Source: an uncultured Azospirillaceae bacterium
GTDB taxonomy: Bacteria > Pseudomonadota > Alphaproteobacteria > Rickettsiales > UBA3002
Direction: 5' to 3'
Assembly (NCBI GenBank): GCA_964564675.1
Contig: CAZMBI010000010.1
Location: forward strand, 7-64,006
DNA: 64,000 nt
The notes under the pieces are model-generated. The model was not told the origin of the DNA and did not search any database. It worked only from the letters and a program-made list of their open reading frames with translations. The translations under genes were made by a program, and so were the position numbers. Shown here piece after piece: positions 56,482 to 64,000 of the stretch (its first letter is position 1; the number at the start of each line of letters is the position of its first letter).

Positions 56482-57939
56482 TCACATCGTCAACGCCCGT
56501 GCTGCAATAGCAGTAACAGAGATTAACGGCGTGGGCGAGAGGAAAAACAGGCCAACCACGATGGCACTAAGCCCCAGCACACAGCGGGTTGGGAAAGAGA
56601 GCACGGCATCAAACGGCGCCTTGGCCTCATCGAAATACATCACTTTGACAATCTTGATATAATAATAGGCCGCTACCACGCTGGACAGCAGGCCGATTGC
56701 CGCCAGCATATATAATTCCTGGTCAACCACCGCCATAAACACGTAAAACTTGCCGAAAAAGCCGGCCAAAGGCGGAATCCCGGCCATGGAAAACATCATC
56801 AGCGCCATAAACAGCGCCATCATGGGCGAATGTTTCGACAGCCCGCCAAGCTCGGCAATCGCTTCCACTGGCTGTTCGTGCCGCGCCATCAGCATGACGA
56901 AACCGAATGCCCCCACACTCATGAACAGATACAGCGTCAGATAAATCAACGTCGCCTGCATGCCTTGCGGTCCCACGGCCAGGCCCATCAGCGCATAGCC
57001 AACATGGCCGATGGAGCTGTATGCCAGCAGCCGCTTGAGATTACTCTGGCGCAGCGCACCAAACGCGCCGACCAGCATCGACAGTGCCGAGACGGCAATC
57101 ACGATCTGCTGCCACTGCGCAAACAGCCCCTCAAAAGGGCCCATCAGAAAGCGGGCGAATAACGCGATCGCCGCGATTTTGGGCGCGATGGCGAAAAACG
57201 CCACCACCGGCGTGGGCGCGCCTTCATAGACATCGGGCGTCCACATATGAAACGGCACGGCAGAAATTTTAAAACAAAACCCGACGATCACAAACACCAT
57301 ACCGACGATCAGGCCAGGGGACGGCATGCCATGCTCGCTTTCCGCCAGCAGCGCGCCGAGCACTTCAAAGTTAGTGCTGCCGCCGAAACCGTATACCAGT
57401 GACGCACCGAATAACATCATGCCCGAGGCCAGCGCTCCGAGGATGAAATATTTGAGCCCAGCTTCGGTGGAGCGCGCATTATCCCGCTCAAAGGATGCCA
57501 TCACATACATCGCCAGACTCGCCAGCTCCAACGCCATATACAGGCTCAGCAGATCGTTGGCGGAAATCAGCAGCATCAGCCCGGTTACCGCGAGCAGAAC
57601 CAGCACCGGATACTCAAAGCGCTTGCAGTCTTCACGCTTCAGCCACTCGAGCGATAAGAGCAGGGTCAGCAGTGCGCCCAGCAGAACCAGCCACTTGGCG
57701 TATAACGTCAGCCCGCTGAGCTGAATCATGTCATGAAACAACAATACCGCCGTTTCATCGCGCTGGGTGGTCAGATAAATCACCGCCACCAGGGTGGCGC
57801 AGGCTACCCAGGTCAGCGGCCCGGTCAGCGCATTGCCGCGGAATGCCCCCACCATCAGCAGCACAATAGCCATAGCGCACGCTGTCAGTTCAGGCAGGAT
57901 ATAGCCTAAATCCGCAATTAACTGGGCCGCTTCACTCAT
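56482..57939 (-). CDS. nuoN: NADH-quinone oxidoreductase subunit N
   Basis: EAGLKYF, FKISAVPFHMWTPDVYEGAP, KRLLAYSSIGH, AGIPPLAGF. Confidence 0.97.
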   Translation of the reverse strand: MSEAAQLIADLGYILPELTACAMAIVLLMVGAFRGNALTGPLTWVACATLVAVIYLTTQRDETAVLLFHDMIQLSGLTLYAKWLVLLGALLTLLLSLEWLKREDCKRFEYPVLVLLAVTGLMLLISANDLLSLYMALELASLAMYVMASFERDNARSTEAGLKYFILGALASGMMLFGASLVYGFGGSTNFEVLGALLAESEHGMPSPGLIVGMVFVIVGFCFKISAVPFHMWTPDVYEGAPTPVVAFFAIAPKIAAIALFARFLMGPFEGLFAQWQQIVIAVSALSMLVGAFGALRQSNLKRLLAYSSIGHVGYALMGLAVGPQGMQATLIYLTLYLFMSVGAFGFVMLMARHEQPVEAIAELGGLSKHSPMMALFMALMMFSMAGIPPLAGFFGKFYVFMAVVDQELYMLAAIGLLSSVVAAYYYIKIVKVMYFDEAKAPFDAVLSFPTRCVLGLSAIVVGLFFLSPTPLISVTAIAARALTM

Positions 57940-58000
57940 TTTTTCTTACGTCCTGTTCGTTTTATTGGGCAGGTCACCACGCAGGCGGTGGCCGGCCCGG

Positions 58001-59689
58001 TTATGGCGTATCGGCACCGGCCTGATTGGCCCTTTCTTCCCCGTACGTTTCAGCCGGCGCAGATTCCGACGCAGCCTCCGGCGTGGCTTCCACCCCCTTC
58101 TCGCCATCCGGCGGGGGTTGCGCACCGGCGGAAGGTGAGGCGCCGGGTAATTCATGAATGGCTTCAAGCGGCTTGGTGTCGGCCGTGGACGGGCCAAGCG
58201 TGATCGCCTCGCCGCGATGCATCTGCGCAATCAGATGCTCGACACTGGGATGCATCGCCTCCAGCACCGGCTTGGGATAAATTCCAAGCCACAATACCGC
58301 TGCCACCAACGGCGCAAAAATCAGTTTTTCACGCAGGCTCAGATCTGTCATTTTTTTCAGATCATTTTTCACCAGTTCGCCGAAACACACTCGCCGGTAC
58401 AGCCACAGCATGTATGCCGCGCCCAGAATCAGGCCGGTGGCCAGGAAAACCGCCGCCCACTGACTAGCCTGAAAGCCGCCGATCAGCACCAGCATCTCAC
58501 CGACAAAGCCCGACGTGCCCGGCAGGCCGACCGAGGCCATGGTGAAAATCATAAACACCACGGCATAAATCGGCATATTATTGACCAGCCCGCCATAGCG
58601 CGCGATCTCACGCGTATGCAGGCGGTCATAGACCACGCCAACGCACAGGAACAACGCACCGGAAACCAGCCCGTGACTGATCATCTGAAAAATCGCGCCC
58701 TCGATGCCCTGCTGATTGAAGGTGAAAATGCCGAGCGTGACAAAGCCCATATGCGCCACCGACGAATAGGCGATGAGCTTTTTCATATCCTCCTGCATCA
58801 GCGCCACCAGCGAGGTATATACTACGGCTATACAGCTGAGCACGAAGATAAAGGTCGAGAAATATTCCGAAGCACCCGGCAGCATGGGCAGCGAAAAGCG
58901 CAGGAATCCGTAAGCCCCCATTTTTAGTAGAATACCCGCCAGAATCACCGAGCCGGCGGTGGGCGCCTGCACGTGCGCGTCGGGCAGCCAGGTATGCACC
59001 GGCCACATCGGCACTTTCACCGCAAACGAGGCCAGCATCGCCAGCCACAGCCATTGTTGCACCGACAGGCTTAAGGTAGGCGCCTGCTTCATCAGCAGCG
59101 GAATATCGGTGGTGCCGAACTGTAAATACAGATAAATCAGCGCGATTAAAAACAGGATGGAGCCGGCCAGCGTATACAGGAAAAATTTATACGCGGCGTA
59201 GACCCGCCGGTCACCGCCCCACACGCCGATAATGAGATACATCGGGATCAGCATGCCTTCAAAGAAAAGATAAAACAGCAGCATATCGAGCGCGCAGAAC
59301 ACGCCGATGACAAACGTCTCCAGCAGCAAAAAGGCGATCATATATTCGCGCACGCGCCGGGTGATGGCGCGCCAGCTGCACAGGATACAAATCGGCATCA
59401 AAAACGTGGTCAGGATAATCAAAAACAGCGAGATGCCGTCAATGCCCAGGTGATAATGAATACCGTATCCCTCAAACCAGGGCATTTTCTCCACGAACTG
59501 GAAGGCGTGCGTGGTTGGATCGAAGCGGTTCCACAATACCAGCGAGGCGGCAAACGTGATAAGCGTCGTCCACAGCGCCGCCATACGCGCATTCGCCGCG
59601 CCGTTATCATCTTCCTTGGTGAAAAAGAAGATCACCGCCGCGCCCACAAGGGGTAAAAAGATGAGAATGGAAAGCAGATGATGTTCCAC
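58001..59689 (-). CDS. nuoM: NADH-quinone oxidoreductase subunit M with C-terminal extension
   Basis: [49 protein letters not shown]. Confidence 0.97.
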   Translation of the reverse strand: MEHHLLSILIFLPLVGAAVIFFFTKEDDNGAANARMAALWTTLITFAASLVLWNRFDPTTHAFQFVEKMPWFEGYGIHYHLGIDGISLFLIILTTFLMPICILCSWRAITRRVREYMIAFLLLETFVIGVFCALDMLLFYLFFEGMLIPMYLIIGVWGGDRRVYAAYKFFLYTLAGSILFLIALIYLYLQFGTTDIPLLMKQAPTLSLSVQQWLWLAMLASFAVKVPMWPVHTWLPDAHVQAPTAGSVILAGILLKMGAYGFLRFSLPMLPGASEYFSTFIFVLSCIAVVYTSLVALMQEDMKKLIAYSSVAHMGFVTLGIFTFNQQGIEGAIFQMISHGLVSGALFLCVGVVYDRLHTREIARYGGLVNNMPIYAVVFMIFTMASVGLPGTSGFVGEMLVLIGGFQASQWAAVFLATGLILGAAYMLWLYRRVCFGELVKNDLKKMTDLSLREKLIFAPLVAAVLWLGIYPKPVLEAMHPSVEHLIAQMHRGEAITLGPSTADTKPLEAIHELPGASPSAGAQPPPDGEKGVEATPEAASESAPAETYGEERANQAGADTP

Positions 59690-61651
<1,962 letters not shown>

Positions 61652-61664
61652 GCGCTCTTTGGTT

Positions 61665-61687
61665 TCTCCCCCCGTAAAGGGGAAAGG
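61665..61687. repeat. Intergenic REP-like hairpin between nuoK and nuoL
   Basis: CTCCCCCCGTAAAGGGGAAAGG, related to the GTTTAC/ATAAAT-loop hairpins in gltB. Confidence 0.55.
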
Positions 61688-61698
61688 CAGTCAGGGCG

Positions 61699-62028
61699 TC
61701 ACCCCTTCAACATCCGTATTTCTTCCACATCGATCGAGCCGCGATTGCGGTAATACACCACCAAAATCGCCAGTCCGATCGCCGCTTCCGCCGCCGCCAC
61801 TGTGAGTACCAGCATGGCGAAAATCTGCCCGGTCAGGTCATTCAGGTGCACCGAAAATGTCACCAGATTGATATTCACGGCGAGCAAAATGAGCTCGATC
61901 GACATGAGAATGGTGATAATATTTTTGCGGTTGAGGAAAATACCGCACACCCCAATGACAAATAGCAGCGTGGCCACCACCAGATAATCCAGCAGCGTAA
62001 TCGACCCGTATAGCACCGATGCGTCCAT
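61699..62028 (-). CDS. nuoK: NADH-quinone oxidoreductase subunit K
   Basis: [30 protein letters not shown]. Confidence 0.97.
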   Translation of the reverse strand: MDASVLYGSITLLDYLVVATLLFVIGVCGIFLNRKNIITILMSIELILLAVNINLVTFSVHLNDLTGQIFAMLVLTVAAAEAAIGLAILVVYYRNRGSIDVEEIRMLKG

Positions 62029-62651
62029 CAGGCCCCCTCTCCCGACTTAACCTTCACCAGTGTCACCGACTCCTCCCGCGTGCGTGAAATCTGTTTATCG
62101 ATTTGCTGGCGTTTCACTCCGGGACGATGTCGCAGGGTCAGCACAATGGCCCCGATCATCGCCACCAGCAAAATCACGCCCGCCATTTGAAACAGGACGA
62201 AATAGCGCGTGTATAGCAACTGGCCGATGGCGTGGGTATTACTCACCTGCTGCGCGTCAGGAATAGCGGTTGCCGCCGGCGCCACGGCCGCCGGTTGCAG
62301 CGCCGAGGCATAAAACAGCGCGCCCAGCTCAACAAACAGCACTACAGCCACCAGCAGGCCGATCGGCAGATATTTCAGAAACCCGGCGCGCAGGCTGGCG
62401 AAATTGACATTGAGCATCATCACCACAAACAAAAATAGCACTGCCACCGCGCCGACATAGACGATCACCAGCGTCATCGCCAGATATTCCGCCCCCAGCA
62501 GGACCAGCAATCCGGCCGCATTGAAAAAAGCAAAAATGAGGAAAAAAACCGAATACACCGAGTTGTGCACGCTCACAACCATCACCGCGCTGAAGCAGAC
62601 GATGGTGGCAAAAACATAAAACATCAGGCTGACGAAATCGAAGGATTCCAT
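62028..62651 (-). CDS. nuoJ: NADH-quinone oxidoreductase subunit J
   Basis: [28 protein letters not shown]. Confidence 0.97.
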   Translation of the reverse strand: MESFDFVSLMFYVFATIVCFSAVMVVSVHNSVYSVFFLIFAFFNAAGLLVLLGAEYLAMTLVIVYVGAVAVLFLFVVMMLNVNFASLRAGFLKYLPIGLLVAVVLFVELGALFYASALQPAAVAPAATAIPDAQQVSNTHAIGQLLYTRYFVLFQMAGVILLVAMIGAIVLTLRHRPGVKRQQIDKQISRTREESVTLVKVKSGEGA

Positions 62652-62861
62652 GCGACAATAGGCCCTGTTGCTGTTATTGATTCCGCATGGTTGTAACAGC
62701 GCCGCCTGAGACAGGCAAGCACTATAGTCTTTTTATGTTTGATGTAATGCCTTCACCCACGAGCGCGGGAAATCATCAACCAACCCGTTATGCCGAACGC
62801 GTTTCGCATCTCCCGGCTTCGTGCTTTATGAGGCCATTCTATCCCTCGGCCCCTGCCCAAC

Positions 62862-62940
62862 TCCGTCATTCCAGCGAAAGCGGGAATCTAGGTTCAATCG
62901 CTCACCTGGATGCGATCCCCCCTTGCGCGGCAATGACGAG
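62862..62940. repeat. Intergenic GTCATT...AATGAC palindromic element
   Basis: CGTCATTCCAGCGAAAGCGGGAATCTAGGT ... ACCTGGAT...GCGCGGCAATGACG. Confidence 0.8.
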
Positions 62941-63028
62941 CTAAAAGCCAACTGATGCAATGGTCGATTTATAAGATACAAGAACCACTTTGGGATGACG
63001 CGATTTCAGCGATTGTCCGCTTATCGCC

Positions 63029-63511
63029 TCAGCGATATTCCGCATCGGCCTGCAGATTGGCAGCAATTTCCGCCTCCCAGCGGTCGCCGTTGGCCAGCAG
63101 CTTTTCCTTGTCATAAAATAATTCTTCGCGGGTTTCGGCTGCATATTCGAAATTCGGCCCCTCGACAATGGCATCCACCGGGCAGGCTTCCTCGCAATAG
63201 CCGCAATAGATGCATTTGGTCATATCGATATCGTAGCGCGTCGCACGGCGCGAGCCGTCCTCGCGTTCTTCCGCCTCAATGGTGATGGCCTGTGCCGGGC
63301 AGATCGCCTCGCAAAGCTTGCAGGCAATACAACGCTCCTCACCGTTGGGATAACGCCGCAGCGCGTGCTCGCCGCGAAAGCGCGGCGAGAGCGGGCCTTT
63401 CTCATACGGATAATTAATCGTAACTTTCGGCTTAAACGCATATTTGAGCGTCAGCCACATGCCGGAAAGCAGCTCTTTCAGCAGAAATTGTTTGGCGCCG
63501 AGTAATTTCAT
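63029..63511 (-). CDS. nuoI: NADH-quinone oxidoreductase subunit I
   Basis: [35 protein letters not shown]. Confidence 0.98.
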   Translation of the reverse strand: MKLLGAKQFLLKELLSGMWLTLKYAFKPKVTINYPYEKGPLSPRFRGEHALRRYPNGEERCIACKLCEAICPAQAITIEAEEREDGSRRATRYDIDMTKCIYCGYCEEACPVDAIVEGPNFEYAAETREELFYDKEKLLANGDRWEAEIAANLQADAEYR

Positions 63512-63734
63512 GGCAACTTTTTTATACTCCGTAACATCGTATTATGCTTTTATACGATACACTAATCCCCCGTCTTTTGTAAAGATATAGGACAGAGAGA
63601 AACAATCAGGTTCTGGTCGGACAGCGTGATTCCAGCGGCCGCCTTATCGAGCACTTTTTGCGGCATCCCCTCCAGATCCTGGCTGATCGAGGCAATAATA
63701 TCACGATATAGCATATAATACCCTGTGTGATAGG

Positions 63735-64000
63735 TTAAGAAACCGGTAATGCATCACTATACAGCAAATAACCAGAAATAAATACCACCCAGAACAGTGA
63801 AAAGGGTAAAAACACTTTCCAACCAAGACGCATCAACTGGTCGTATCGATAGCGCGGAAAGGTCGCCCGCACCCACACAAATACCAACAACAGCAGGGCC
63901 ACTTTCAGCGCAAACCAGATAACGCCGGGAATAAAATCCAGTGCCTCAACCGGCGGTTGCCAGCCGCCAAGGAATAAAATCACGGTCATGGCGCTCATCA
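63735..64000 (-). CDS. nuoH: NADH-quinone oxidoreductase subunit H, C-terminal part
   Basis: [29 protein letters not shown]. Confidence 0.95.
   Translation of the reverse strand, partial: MSAMTVILFLGGWQPPVEALDFIPGVIWFALKVALLLLVFVWVRATFPRYRYDQLMRLGWKVFLPFSLFWVVFISGYLLYSDALPVS

Noticed and set aside
62687..62944. 85-aa plus-strand ORF in the nuoI-nuoJ gap
   Set aside because: Opposite to the operon and partly made of palindromic repeat sequence.

Overview
Chromosomal segment of a GC-rich alphaproteobacterium with a largely unreduced metabolism. Most of it is housekeeping: a partial metE with a COG0523 GTPase, a divergent folate/pABA cluster, a fused TRAP permease with a USP, gltD-gltB, fzlA, tsaC, tRNA-Asn, rmuC, glmU, xth, divK-pleD, two cpaF paralogues, the rnd-kdsD-lptCAB-rpoN block, hslO, ispE, gltA, lolCD, proS, rnj-coaX-birA and nuoH-N. 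The most unusual signal is a cluster of about 8 REP-like palindromic elements inserted in frame inside gltD and gltB, where they are translated as extra peptide loops; related copies lie in intergenic DNA. Other notable items are a PleC/DivJ-type sensor lacking its phospho-His and ATP-binding motifs, tandem Tad ATPases behind CtrA-like boxes next to divK-pleD, a toxin-antitoxin pair eroded by indels, a truncated phage lysozyme, an inverted heptamer array, and several Pro/Ala-rich tails on core enzymes. All assignments come from motif recognition by eye; no searches or computations were run.
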